64,000 bases of DNA from contig CAWDHC010000005.1 of NCBI GenBank assembly GCA_963802055.1, positions 859,168 to 923,167 on the forward strand. Reading direction: 5' to 3'. This DNA comes from an uncultured Alphaproteobacteria bacterium. GTDB lineage: Bacteria; Pseudomonadota; Alphaproteobacteria; Sphingomonadales; Sphingomonadaceae. Positions within the stretch are counted from its first letter, which is position 1. Each line of letters starts with the position of its first letter. Shown one piece after another: positions 1 through 8,988 of this stretch. The notes beneath the pieces are model-generated. The model saw nothing but the letters and a program-made list of their open reading frames with translations, had not been told where the DNA came from and ran no database searches. A program made the translations under genes and the position numbers.

Positions 1-2
1 GG

Positions 3-380
3 TCGATAGACCGGCAATTGCACGACAGCGCACAGCCGCTAGGCCAATATTATGCCGAACTTGTCCAGTCATCGCTGAACCAAAATCCGTTTGGTGGCGG
101 GATTATCCGGCGGCTATTTAACTATTATCCGCGTTGCAAAACCCGCAAAGCGCACACCAAATTTCTGGAGCTAACCAGTGACCAGCCCCAATTAGCGGAT
201 GAACCAATGGAGCGGGTGAATTCCTTGCTGGGTCGCAAAAAGGCGATATTGTCGCGCACGCGCAAGCATTTGCAGCTTAAAGCATTGCTCGAAATATGGC
301 TCTACTTTCACGTGCCGTTGACCTTCGCGCTGATCGCAGCCTTGGCCGCGCATATCATCAGCGTCTTTTTCTACTGGTGA
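3..380 (+). CDS. C-terminal part of a membrane protein of the multiheme cluster (5'-truncated by window edge); ferric-reductase/cytochrome b-like final helix
   Basis: Frame is open from position 3. Ends WLYFHVPLTFALIAALAAHIISVFFYW, a hydrophobic helix with H-x13-H. Stop lies 7 bp before the next gene. Confidence 0.65.
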   Translation, partial: SIDRQLHDSAQPLGQYYAELVQSSLNQNPFGGGIIRRLFNYYPRCKTRKAHTKFLELTSDQPQLADEPMERVNSLLGRKKAILSRTRKHLQLKALLEIWLYFHVPLTFALIAALAAHIISVFFYW

Positions 381-387
381 TGAAGAC

Positions 388-2193
388 ATGAGCTTCCTTG
401 TCCGCCAAATATCACGCACCGCCGATGGCCGGGAAATTATTCGGCCCTATCGCTATGACAGCCAAGAAGTAATCATTGGCCGGGATGCCGCCTGTGAGGT
501 GCATCTGGCGGACCTTGCGGTTGATCTAAAACATGCGCGCATGACTTTGCTGAACGGCAACAAAATAGAGGTGGCCGCTCTTGGCGCGCTCGGTTTTGAA
601 GCAGATGGCACCAAGACGCAAAGCATTAGGATCAGCGCCGCGAGCGGAGCCGAATTGCGATTTGGTAGCCATCTTCTGACAATTGGCCGTGAAGATGGCG
701 CGATACTAGTGACCGTGGAGCGGGTCGAAGCTTTGTCTGATGCTGCCGAGGAACGTGATGAAATTGGGCTGTTCACGCTCAAGGGCTTATTGCCGGGGCG
801 GCGGATCGGCGCTTGGGCTTTTTTCCTGTTGGTGCTGGCTGCATTTCTGGCTTGGCCAATCCATAGTTTTTACCAAAGTCAGAAAGCCGAACGAGAGAGT
901 TCTGCATTCCAGGCAGATATTTTGTGGAGCAGCGGGCGGCTCTCTACTGCCCATGCCAGCTTAGAAAATAGCTGCAAATCATGCCATACTGAGGCGTTTG
1001 TCGCGGTTAAGGATTCGTCCTGCATGTCCTGTCATAAAAATGTTCATGACCATGCTGATCCTCTGAAATTAAAGACCGCAAAGGGTCCGCCTGATTGGGA
1101 AGGCCGAGCGATGCGAACGGTCGCCGAGCAATTCAACCGCCCCGAAGGCCGCTGCGTTGAATGCCATACCGAGCATGAAGGCGCTGGCCCGATGGCGGCA
1201 ACGAAGCAGGAGTTTTGCAGCTCGTGTCATGCCGATATGGACACGCGCCTGACCGGAACCAAGATCGCCAATGCTGCCGATTTTGGCACCGCCCATCCGC
1301 AGTTCAAGCCGCTTGTCGCGCTCGCCCCCGGCTTGCCGCCAATGATGCAACGCATATCGCTCGACAAAAAGCCGAGCGACAATAGCGGCCTGAAATTTCC
1401 GCATGATATGCATTTGTCGCAGAATAATGGCGTTGCCCGCATGGCCCAAAGACTGGGGAGCAAATTTGGATTTGGCGATGATCTGGAATGTGCTGATTGT
1501 CATACCAAGACAGCCGACGGCGTGCGTTTTATGCCCGTTACGATGGAGGCGAATTGTTCGATGTGCCATTCTTTGGGTATCGAGCGCATTGCCGGAACAG
1601 TGCGCACGCTGCGCCATGGTGACCCGAAAATGGTGATCGCCGATATTCGCGGATTTTACCGCAGCGGCGGGCCGTTTCGCAAGCCTGCGCAGCAGCTTTT
1701 GGAAGGCCGTGCCCGGCCCGGGCAATATGCAGCAAGTCGGCCCTATTATGCCTATTTTGGCAGTGTGAATTATGGTCGTGCGGATACCGCAGTGCGGGCA
1801 ATTTTCTCAAAGGGCGGGGCTTGTTATGATTGCCACACCGTCTTTACGCCGTCTGCCGGTTCAGACAATTGGGAGGTGCAGCCTGTTCACCAAAGCATGC
1901 GCTACATGGAAAAAGGCTGGTTTGACCACAATGCGCATAAGACCGAAACCTGCAGTTCCTGTCATAAAGCCGGGCGTTCGAATAGTTCGGCGGATCTTCT
2001 GCTGCCTGATTTGAAAAGTTGCCGCAGCTGCCATGGAGGTGAGGCTTCCAATGCAGATGTTCCTTCCAGCTGCGCCATGTGCCATAGTTATCACATCGGA
2101 GATGGAGCCCCTTGGGTGCCGAGCCACCGAGAGTATCCGGGCAGGAAAAGAGAAAAAGAGAGCGCTAAAATTTCGGTCAGGCGCGAAGAATGA
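388..2193 (+). CDS. FHA-domain / TM / decaheme c-type cytochrome (cytochrome c3-like family)
   Basis: N-terminal IIGRDAACEVHLADLAVDLKHA is FHA-like. TM segment IGAWAFFLLVLAAFLAWPI. Ten CxxCH motifs: CKSCH, CMSCH, CVECH, CSSCH, CADCH, CSMCH, CYDCH, CSSCH, CRSCH, CAMCH. Confidence 0.85.
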   Translation: MSFLVRQISRTADGREIIRPYRYDSQEVIIGRDAACEVHLADLAVDLKHARMTLLNGNKIEVAALGALGFEADGTKTQSIRISAASGAELRFGSHLLTIGREDGAILVTVERVEALSDAAEERDEIGLFTLKGLLPGRRIGAWAFFLLVLAAFLAWPIHSFYQSQKAERESSAFQADILWSSGRLSTAHASLENSCKSCHTEAFVAVKDSSCMSCHKNVHDHADPLKLKTAKGPPDWEGRAMRTVAEQFNRPEGRCVECHTEHEGAGPMAATKQEFCSSCHADMDTRLTGTKIANAADFGTAHPQFKPLVALAPGLPPMMQRISLDKKPSDNSGLKFPHDMHLSQNNGVARMAQRLGSKFGFGDDLECADCHTKTADGVRFMPVTMEANCSMCHSLGIERIAGTVRTLRHGDPKMVIADIRGFYRSGGPFRKPAQQLLEGRARPGQYAASRPYYAYFGSVNYGRADTAVRAIFSKGGACYDCHTVFTPSAGSDNWEVQPVHQSMRYMEKGWFDHNAHKTETCSSCHKAGRSNSSADLLLPDLKSCRSCHGGEASNADVPSSCAMCHSYHIGDGAPWVPSHREYPGRKREKESAKISVRREE

Positions 2194-2203
2194 GGAGGGG
2201 CTT

Positions 2204-3049
2204 TTGCTGATTGCACAAATCACCGATATTCATTTGGGGTTCGATCCCGGCAATCCGGCGGAGTTCAACCGAAAACGTCTGGACCAAGTCCTGCGCCATA
2301 TTGAAGATGGGCCGAACAAACCGGATTTACTGTTAGCGACGGGCGATCTCGTTGATCTAGGCGATATTGATAGTTACCGCCGTTTGGAAAGCGCATTTAG
2401 CATGTGCAAATTCCCAGTCCATATGTGCCTTGGCAATCATGACGACCGCGCGAATTTCATAACCCACTTTCCTGACGTGCGGGTGGCAGATGGATTTGTG
2501 CAATATGCAATTGAGCTCGATGGCCTGCGGCTACTCATGCTCGATACTCTGGAGGAGGGGCGCCATGGAGGAGCATTTTGTTCGGTGCGGGCAAACTGGC
2601 TGCGACAGGAGCTATCGAAGGATCAGGCCACACCGACCATTATCGTGATGCACCACCCCCCCGTTGAGGTGGGCATCGATTGGATGAACACCGACCCCAG
2701 CGAGCCTTGGGTGAGCAATTTTTCGGACGCAATTGCCGGAGCCAGCAATATTAAAGGCATATTATGCGGGCATGTGCACAGGGCGATCGCCGCCCCTTGG
2801 CGCGGAACAGCCGTTGCCGTATGCGCGTCCACTGCGCCGCAAGTCACGCTTGATCTGCGCCCTATCGACCTTGACCACCCCGACAATCGCCCGATGATCA
2901 TCGCTGATCCGCCAGCTTATGCGCTGCATTTCTGGAATGGACGCGAACTCGTCACCCATTTTCAAACAGCAGACCAGCATGTCATGCTGGCGAAACTGGA
3001 CGACAATCTTATGCCCTTGGTAAATCAGCTGCGCGCCGAACGACCTTGA
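2204..3049 (+). CDS. Metallophosphoesterase, CpdA/Icc-like cyclic-nucleotide phosphodiesterase
   Basis: Motifs TDIH, GDLVD, GNHD, HHPP, GHVH. Start moved to TTG 2204, 6 nt after GAGGAG (2192-2197); the ORF-track extension to 2033 overlaps the upstream gene. Confidence 0.85.
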   Translation: MLIAQITDIHLGFDPGNPAEFNRKRLDQVLRHIEDGPNKPDLLLATGDLVDLGDIDSYRRLESAFSMCKFPVHMCLGNHDDRANFITHFPDVRVADGFVQYAIELDGLRLLMLDTLEEGRHGGAFCSVRANWLRQELSKDQATPTIIVMHHPPVEVGIDWMNTDPSEPWVSNFSDAIAGASNIKGILCGHVHRAIAAPWRGTAVAVCASTAPQVTLDLRPIDLDHPDNRPMIIADPPAYALHFWNGRELVTHFQTADQHVMLAKLDDNLMPLVNQLRAERP

Positions 3050-3061
3050 TAGGTTTAGACC

Positions 3062-6000
3062 CTAGCGCTTAAAATTGGTCACTTTGGCATCGTCTGTCAC
3101 CATATAGGGCTCTCCCCTCGCATTCAGGAACAGCTTTTCCATTTCCGCGCGGGTAAATGGCCGGGATCCTAAGCGGCCGAATACGGCAATTTGGCCCCCG
3201 GTTTCATCAACTGCGCGGTCACGGTCGATGCCTTTTGATATGGCATAAGCTGGCCAGGGTGTTTTTGCCCAAGCGATCAGCTGCGGCTTAGGCGCAGGCG
3301 AGAAGCCATAAAAATTGGGTTGGCTGGATGGTGATGTGAGCTGAATAACCCTTATCCCGCCTTGGCCATTGGCAACATAGGCAAAGGCGGAGGCGTTGGT
3401 GGATGCCACGACGACATCTTCCACATCGGTCATATTGCCGCCAAAGGTCTCTTTGAGATATATTTCAGGTGCTTCGGGCTTGGTCACATTGACGATCACC
3501 AGCCCGTCGCTTTTACCGGCAACATATAAATATGTGCGTGCTACATAAAGTTTGCGGGCATCGGCCAGCGGGATTGTTCCCGCTTCGATAGCCACAGGAT
3601 CGGCAAGATTGGTGACATTAAACAGCTTCACGCCGTCTGCATCGGTCACCCATAGGTAGCGGAATTGCAATGCCGATGCCCTTGCATCCTTCATTTCGCG
3701 CACGGCGACTTTTTTCGGGTTCATCGGATCATTCAGATCGATAACCACCAATCCGACATCGGCAGTAACATAGGCATAATGGCCCCCAAGCGTAACATGC
3801 CGCGCGCCGTGCAAAATATCATCCTCATTCCAAGTCACCGCGCGCTTCAGGAAATTGTTGCGAAATTCTCCATCTGCCATCGTGTTAATATCTACAAGGA
3901 TCAAGCCCTCTTCGGCATCGGTGATGACCGCATAATTATAGATTGGGTGAAACGCCTGTTCCTGATTGGCCTCGCGCATTTCCGCAGTATTACGCAGCGG
4001 ATTGATGGGTTGATTGGTGGCCAGTGCCATGCAGGTGGCGTTCTTGGATTTTACCTGCGTATTCTGACCGAGCTTGGAAAATGGCGCGGAAATGATGCGT
4101 TCTGAAAAGCCCTTATTGGCAATCGAGGCAACGTCATAAACCTGAAAGCCTTTGCTGCCCTGTGCCACATACATATATTCGCCGCGCAGTTGCAGGCAGC
4201 CGACCTTATCGCCGGTTTGCTGAACTATATTCAGGAACTCTTCAGTGGATTCGGTGTCGCCGGAAAGTTTCTTATCAAAAGTCTTTCCGCGCACCCAGTT
4301 TTTCAATTCACGGTCATTTTGCTCGACATGTAGCTTGTAATAATCGGGATAAGCCTTGCTATGCAGATAGGAGCCTATCACCGTTTGCGGCTCTTCCCAT
4401 TCCGTGACCCGAACCGCTTCAAACCCGTTGCCTAGCCCGGTCCAGGCATTCAGCCCGACGAAATTCACATAATTGGTGCCCAAAAGCATCAACTGCGCCA
4501 TGATTGCGTTATTGTCTTTATTGGCAGACAAATGGCAATCCGTACATTGCTTGGTTTCGGTCTTGCGCACCGTATGCGGGAAATGCGGCGCGAAGGCTTG
4601 GCTGGAAAATCCGATCGCGCTAATCGGAGGTTGCTGGATATATATGCGCTCCCGGTTCACGTTGGTGGAGGAAAGTACGAGCGCTGATGTTGACCGCACC
4701 GGCGCAATTATATTGCCTTTGGTTGTCTGGTGACGGCCAAGCTGGAACATATCTTCACGGGCTATCTGCGGATTATATGTGGCGAAGTTACGGGTTTCTT
4801 CTTCTTCATATTTATGGGTTTTGGTCTTCCAATTTGCCTCGATCGGCAAATGGCATCCGCCGCAACTGGTCGTCCATGATAAGTGACAGGTAAAGCAGGT
4901 GAGCTTATCCTCGCCATGCGCCCGTTCGCTTATCGGTACATTGACTCCATAATTATAGTCACCGCTATCTGCTCCGGCCTTGCTCATCAATTTAGCCCGG
5001 GCGGACTTGGCGTTAAAATGCGGATTGCCGGGCGTTACGCTGTCTTTGACGAGGCTGACTTCCCATTCCAGATCGGGATCGACAATCGAACGCTGGATTA
5101 GCTTTTGGCTGCCATCTGCTTCATAAATCCATTCAAACCTGCGGCGTCCATCGGCATTGCGTAATACTGTCAGGTTGCTGCCCTCCGGCCGCGCGGCAGG
5201 GCCGGATGTTAGCAATGTGGGATAGGCATCGGGTGTGCCGTGGCAATCCTTACAACCAATCTCCACCGCATTAGCGACTTCTCCGTAAATCAAGCCATTG
5301 CCGTGGCTGTCCTGCGCAAAATGGCAATCGGCGCATTGCATGCCTTTTTCGGCGTGGATATCCATCATATGCACAGTTTTGCCAGGATTGACGCCGGGCT
5401 GTACAAACTTACCTTCGCCGTTTTTGCGCCATTTTTCTGGGTCTTTTGGGTCCACCTTTGCCCCGTCCGCATCCAGCAAATTGCCTTCCCGGTCGCGTTT
5501 GAAGATTGCGCGGAAATTCCAGCCATGGCCATGATAATCGGCAAATTGCGTATCGTCGAGTTCGGGGTTCAGATCATAAACATTGCGCAGAAAATCGAGG
5601 TCGCTCCATTTGCCCTTGGGCGAAGCGGCTTCGGGATTTCGGTCCAGCACTTTGAACTTTTCTTCGGCGGTCGGGTATTTCTGCTTTTTGGGCCACATCT
5701 TGTCGGCATCGGCTTCATAATCCCACATCGTGTAGCCCAGATAGCTGTTCAAGAAAATATTGGGCTGATGCATGTGGCAATTCATGCACTGTGATGTTGG
5801 AATTGCCCGGGTGAAGACATGCCGCAGGGGATGGCCTTTTTCCTTTACTGGTTCGGCGCGGTCACCGTCTTGGTGATCGCCGGGTTCCTTTACGGCACCA
5901 TGTTTATCTTGCGCTTCCGGTTCCAGCTTGCCCGATATCGTCGGATCAACTGTCTGCGTCTGGCCATCCCGGCCATATTGAGAATAAATCAGGCTATGGC

Positions 6001-7057
6001 GCGGTTCGCGGTCATTGGCATAAATAACATGGCAGGCGGCGCAGCCGGAATGGCGATAATCACCCGGCTGGTCGTTGGTCCCCATAAACCATGTGAACGG
6101 ATCGTTGAGCCGGGTCTTGTGAATATTCAATATCGGGATAGCCACGCGCAGGCCTGTGCCCGGGCCGCGATTTGATTGCTTCAAGTCGGGCCTGCCGGGC
6201 TCTTCCAGCCTCTGTATGCTGCCAGTGGGATTGGGCAGGCCGACCTCGGCAAATTGCGTGTTTACATTGCGCCCGCCACGTTCAAATACGCGGAATACAT
6301 CGCCGGGCGGAACCACCGTCCACATCGGTAATGGATACAGAACCGACAACGCACCGCGCGCCTTTTGCTCGGCTGTTATGGTGCCTGGGGGGGAGCCGGG
6401 TGAAACGATCTTTGCGGCTTCACCGCGGCGCGTATAAGCCTCGCCTGCGATGTAGCTTTTGAATGGTAATATGCCGTTATTATAGGCAGCGCCGCCCCAA
6501 AGCATCGCGCCGGACGCCATGAGCGAACGCTCGCCCGCTTCAATCGTTTCCATATGGCATGCGCCGCAGCTCTCGCGAACAACACGGTAATCGGTGGGGT
6601 TGTTAAACCGAATGAACTCGGGCGATTCCTTGTTCAGCAAAGCATAGCTGCGTTTGGGATTGGCAGACGAGGGATAATGCCAGCTCTTTGGATATTTCGG
6701 CAGCACATGCGCTTTATCGCGGGCCGCGACATAGACAGGGTCATTATGTGGCAGTTCCGAATTGCCGCGTATATTTGCATTGCCGCCATGACAATCCGTG
6801 CAGCCCAAAAGCACAGCGGGGGAGACATGCATGGAAGCAACATCGGTCTGCACGTGGCACGATGTGCATCCATCTGACTTGGCAGCAACATCGACCAGTT
6901 CTTGATTGCGCGGCGCGGGCGGGAATACCGGATAAATCCGTTTGACGGGCTTCTCTGTGTCGCTGGCATATATGGTGCTGGTGGGCATCACCAAAAACGC
7001 CGTCAATAACGCCATCGCCAATATACACAGACGGAAAAGAGACAAAGCGCGGCGCAT
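3062..7057 (-). CDS. Exported decaheme cytochrome c with C-terminal LVIVD-repeat beta-propeller (1331 aa)
   Basis: Sec-type signal peptide and ten CxxCH motifs. C-terminal repeats YMYVAQGSKGFQVYDV, YAVITDAEEGLILVDI, YAYVTADVGLVVIDL, YLYVAGKSDGLVIVNV, FAYVANGQGGIRVIQL. Confidence 0.85.
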   Translation of the reverse strand: MRRALSLFRLCILAMALLTAFLVMPTSTIYASDTEKPVKRIYPVFPPAPRNQELVDVAAKSDGCTSCHVQTDVASMHVSPAVLLGCTDCHGGNANIRGNSELPHNDPVYVAARDKAHVLPKYPKSWHYPSSANPKRSYALLNKESPEFIRFNNPTDYRVVRESCGACHMETIEAGERSLMASGAMLWGGAAYNNGILPFKSYIAGEAYTRRGEAAKIVSPGSPPGTITAEQKARGALSVLYPLPMWTVVPPGDVFRVFERGGRNVNTQFAEVGLPNPTGSIQRLEEPGRPDLKQSNRGPGTGLRVAIPILNIHKTRLNDPFTWFMGTNDQPGDYRHSGCAACHVIYANDREPRHSLIYSQYGRDGQTQTVDPTISGKLEPEAQDKHGAVKEPGDHQDGDRAEPVKEKGHPLRHVFTRAIPTSQCMNCHMHQPNIFLNSYLGYTMWDYEADADKMWPKKQKYPTAEEKFKVLDRNPEAASPKGKWSDLDFLRNVYDLNPELDDTQFADYHGHGWNFRAIFKRDREGNLLDADGAKVDPKDPEKWRKNGEGKFVQPGVNPGKTVHMMDIHAEKGMQCADCHFAQDSHGNGLIYGEVANAVEIGCKDCHGTPDAYPTLLTSGPAARPEGSNLTVLRNADGRRRFEWIYEADGSQKLIQRSIVDPDLEWEVSLVKDSVTPGNPHFNAKSARAKLMSKAGADSGDYNYGVNVPISERAHGEDKLTCFTCHLSWTTSCGGCHLPIEANWKTKTHKYEEEETRNFATYNPQIAREDMFQLGRHQTTKGNIIAPVRSTSALVLSSTNVNRERIYIQQPPISAIGFSSQAFAPHFPHTVRKTETKQCTDCHLSANKDNNAIMAQLMLLGTNYVNFVGLNAWTGLGNGFEAVRVTEWEEPQTVIGSYLHSKAYPDYYKLHVEQNDRELKNWVRGKTFDKKLSGDTESTEEFLNIVQQTGDKVGCLQLRGEYMYVAQGSKGFQVYDVASIANKGFSERIISAPFSKLGQNTQVKSKNATCMALATNQPINPLRNTAEMREANQEQAFHPIYNYAVITDAEEGLILVDINTMADGEFRNNFLKRAVTWNEDDILHGARHVTLGGHYAYVTADVGLVVIDLNDPMNPKKVAVREMKDARASALQFRYLWVTDADGVKLFNVTNLADPVAIEAGTIPLADARKLYVARTYLYVAGKSDGLVIVNVTKPEAPEIYLKETFGGNMTDVEDVVVASTNASAFAYVANGQGGIRVIQLTSPSSQPNFYGFSPAPKPQLIAWAKTPWPAYAISKGIDRDRAVDETGGQIAVFGRLGSRPFTRAEMEKLFLNARGEPYMVTDDAKVTNFKR

Positions 7058-8988
7058 CAGTAGCTCACTACCACATTTGCGAGCACGGAATAATATTGTT
7101 TGTTGCGCGCGCGATTGGCAAATAAATCGTTAAATCCTTTGCCGGGCTTCAGCGCCGCCACCGACAGGCGCCCAACAATATTCTGGGTTGCCTTGGGCCG
7201 CCATATTGCTGACGCCGACAAATCAAAGCCGATGTCTTTGGGAATGCTGCCCTCGGCTCGGAGAACTGTTAGATTGGATGTATTAGCAAACCACAAATGA
7301 TTGGCATTGGCGGACAGGCGCAATGTTGGTGTCAGATCAAAATCAGCGCCGAGGCCGAGCAAGATCGTTCCGGGATTGTTAAAATTGGACTGTCCTTGTT
7401 CCTTTGATGAACGCAATGAGTTCAAAATGCCGTTGCGGCCATTGATGCTCACCGCGCGGCCGCCGCCCGCAAAGGGGATCGTTTGGCGGATCCAGTAACT
7501 GGTGTCTGCGCCTGCAAAAATCGGGTTCTCAAAAATTGCGTCGAAACCATTTTCCTGATTATCAAATGGATCACTATCCCCACTGGCATACAGCCCGGAC
7601 AACCGAAGGCGAATCCAGTTCAGGTCATAACTGGCCTCTGCGGCTCCAAAAAAAGCACGGATTTGCCCGGGCTGCCCTGTGAAAAAATTATTGCGGTCGG
7701 ACCCAAGCGCCCCATAGAGCGAGGCCGTCAGGTTGATCCGCCCAATGCGGCCATCTGCGTTATAGCCCAGATACACCACGTCATAATTGCGGCCGCGCAA
7801 AGTGCCCAGCAAGGCGGGGCGCACGGGAAATCCGTTGTCATCCACCTCAATCTGGTTCTTCTCACGGTTCATATTATACACAACGGTAATCTGGCTGGTC
7901 AGACCCGGTAACGGCAGATCTTGACGATACAGATTGGCCACAAACACCCAGTCATTGCGAGGGCGTTGCACGATGCTGTTTAGTCCCGAATTGGTATCTT
8001 TTTCCAAACGCCAGAATGCGGCCAGATTATACTGAAACCGGTTATTGTCGCGGTTGCCAAATAGCCGGACACCGAGCTGCTGATCGTTAAAGAGGAAGCC
8101 GCGAAAATCGCTTTGAAACGGTTGAATGCCAACGCGGATCGATTTAAAATCATAATGGTCAGATGTGTTGCGCAAGTGATAGTCGACAAAAAACTCCTGC
8201 ACACCCAGGAAATAATCGAACCGATGCGAAGGCTTGGATGGCTGCACGAACAATACGCGCTTTTCCGGCACATTCACATAGTTGGCGTTGAGCGCGAGGG
8301 TAATTCGATATTCGATTTCAGGGGGCTTGAATGCGGTCATTCCCTTAATCAACGCCGCGCCAACAATAAAGGTTTGCGAATAAACCTGACTAGAATCGCG
8401 GCCAAATACATCCAGATTGCCCGCCTGCTCGGTGGTCTGGACACCCACCGGAATTGGGAATGTGCGTGGTTCAATAACGGTATCACTCACCGCCGAACCG
8501 ACAAAAAACCAGTCGTCGCCTTTTATCGGCAGCCAAGGCACTTTATCGCGGTTGATCGGCCTGTCGCCCTTATACGTGTTTTGGCCATAAGGGTCGGTCC
8601 AGCGCTCCTTGACGAGGCCAAGCGATTCCACCAATCGCCAGCGGTCCGGCACCGGAAATTCATCGCCGGGAAAGGCTTCAGGCGGCGGCGGACGCACCGC
8701 TCCCGCATTATCTTGCGTAACTTTATCGGGCAACCAACGCCGATATCCTGGCCTTTTTCGTCCTTTGATCTGTGCATCTTCGGCATCAGGAAGCAACTCG
8801 CTGCCGGGTTCATCTGCCTGCTTGGCCTTTGAATCATCTTTTATTTCGGACTTACCCGAGGCGGCATCCCGCTCGGCTGTGGCGAGCAACTCATCAAGCA
8901 GCGCCTGCTCTGCAAATGCAGCCCGATGCTCTGCTTGAATGTGATATCCGTTTGCCAGTGTAGCAGGCATGTCAGCAAGCAGCATCAT
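7057..8988 (-). CDS. Conserved hypothetical protein, probable outer-membrane beta-barrel (porin-like)
   Basis: Many alternating amphipathic strands and terminal aromatic residue (YSVLANVVVSY). ATG at 8988 overlaps the upstream stop (ATGA). No clear signal peptide. Confidence 0.6.
   Translation of the reverse strand: MMLLADMPATLANGYHIQAEHRAAFAEQALLDELLATAERDAASGKSEIKDDSKAKQADEPGSELLPDAEDAQIKGRKRPGYRRWLPDKVTQDNAGAVRPPPPEAFPGDEFPVPDRWRLVESLGLVKERWTDPYGQNTYKGDRPINRDKVPWLPIKGDDWFFVGSAVSDTVIEPRTFPIPVGVQTTEQAGNLDVFGRDSSQVYSQTFIVGAALIKGMTAFKPPEIEYRITLALNANYVNVPEKRVLFVQPSKPSHRFDYFLGVQEFFVDYHLRNTSDHYDFKSIRVGIQPFQSDFRGFLFNDQQLGVRLFGNRDNNRFQYNLAAFWRLEKDTNSGLNSIVQRPRNDWVFVANLYRQDLPLPGLTSQITVVYNMNREKNQIEVDDNGFPVRPALLGTLRGRNYDVVYLGYNADGRIGRINLTASLYGALGSDRNNFFTGQPGQIRAFFGAAEASYDLNWIRLRLSGLYASGDSDPFDNQENGFDAIFENPIFAGADTSYWIRQTIPFAGGGRAVSINGRNGILNSLRSSKEQGQSNFNNPGTILLGLGADFDLTPTLRLSANANHLWFANTSNLTVLRAEGSIPKDIGFDLSASAIWRPKATQNIVGRLSVAALKPGKGFNDLFANRARNKQYYSVLANVVVSY

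Noticed and set aside
2033-2203. N-terminal extension of the phosphodiesterase in the ORF track
   Set aside because: Overlaps the cytochrome gene by 161 nt; a good RBS supports TTG 2204.
7028-7057. Twin-arginine (Tat) signal in MRRALSLF
   Set aside because: Does not match S/T-R-R-x-F-L-K, and c-type cytochromes are Sec-exported.
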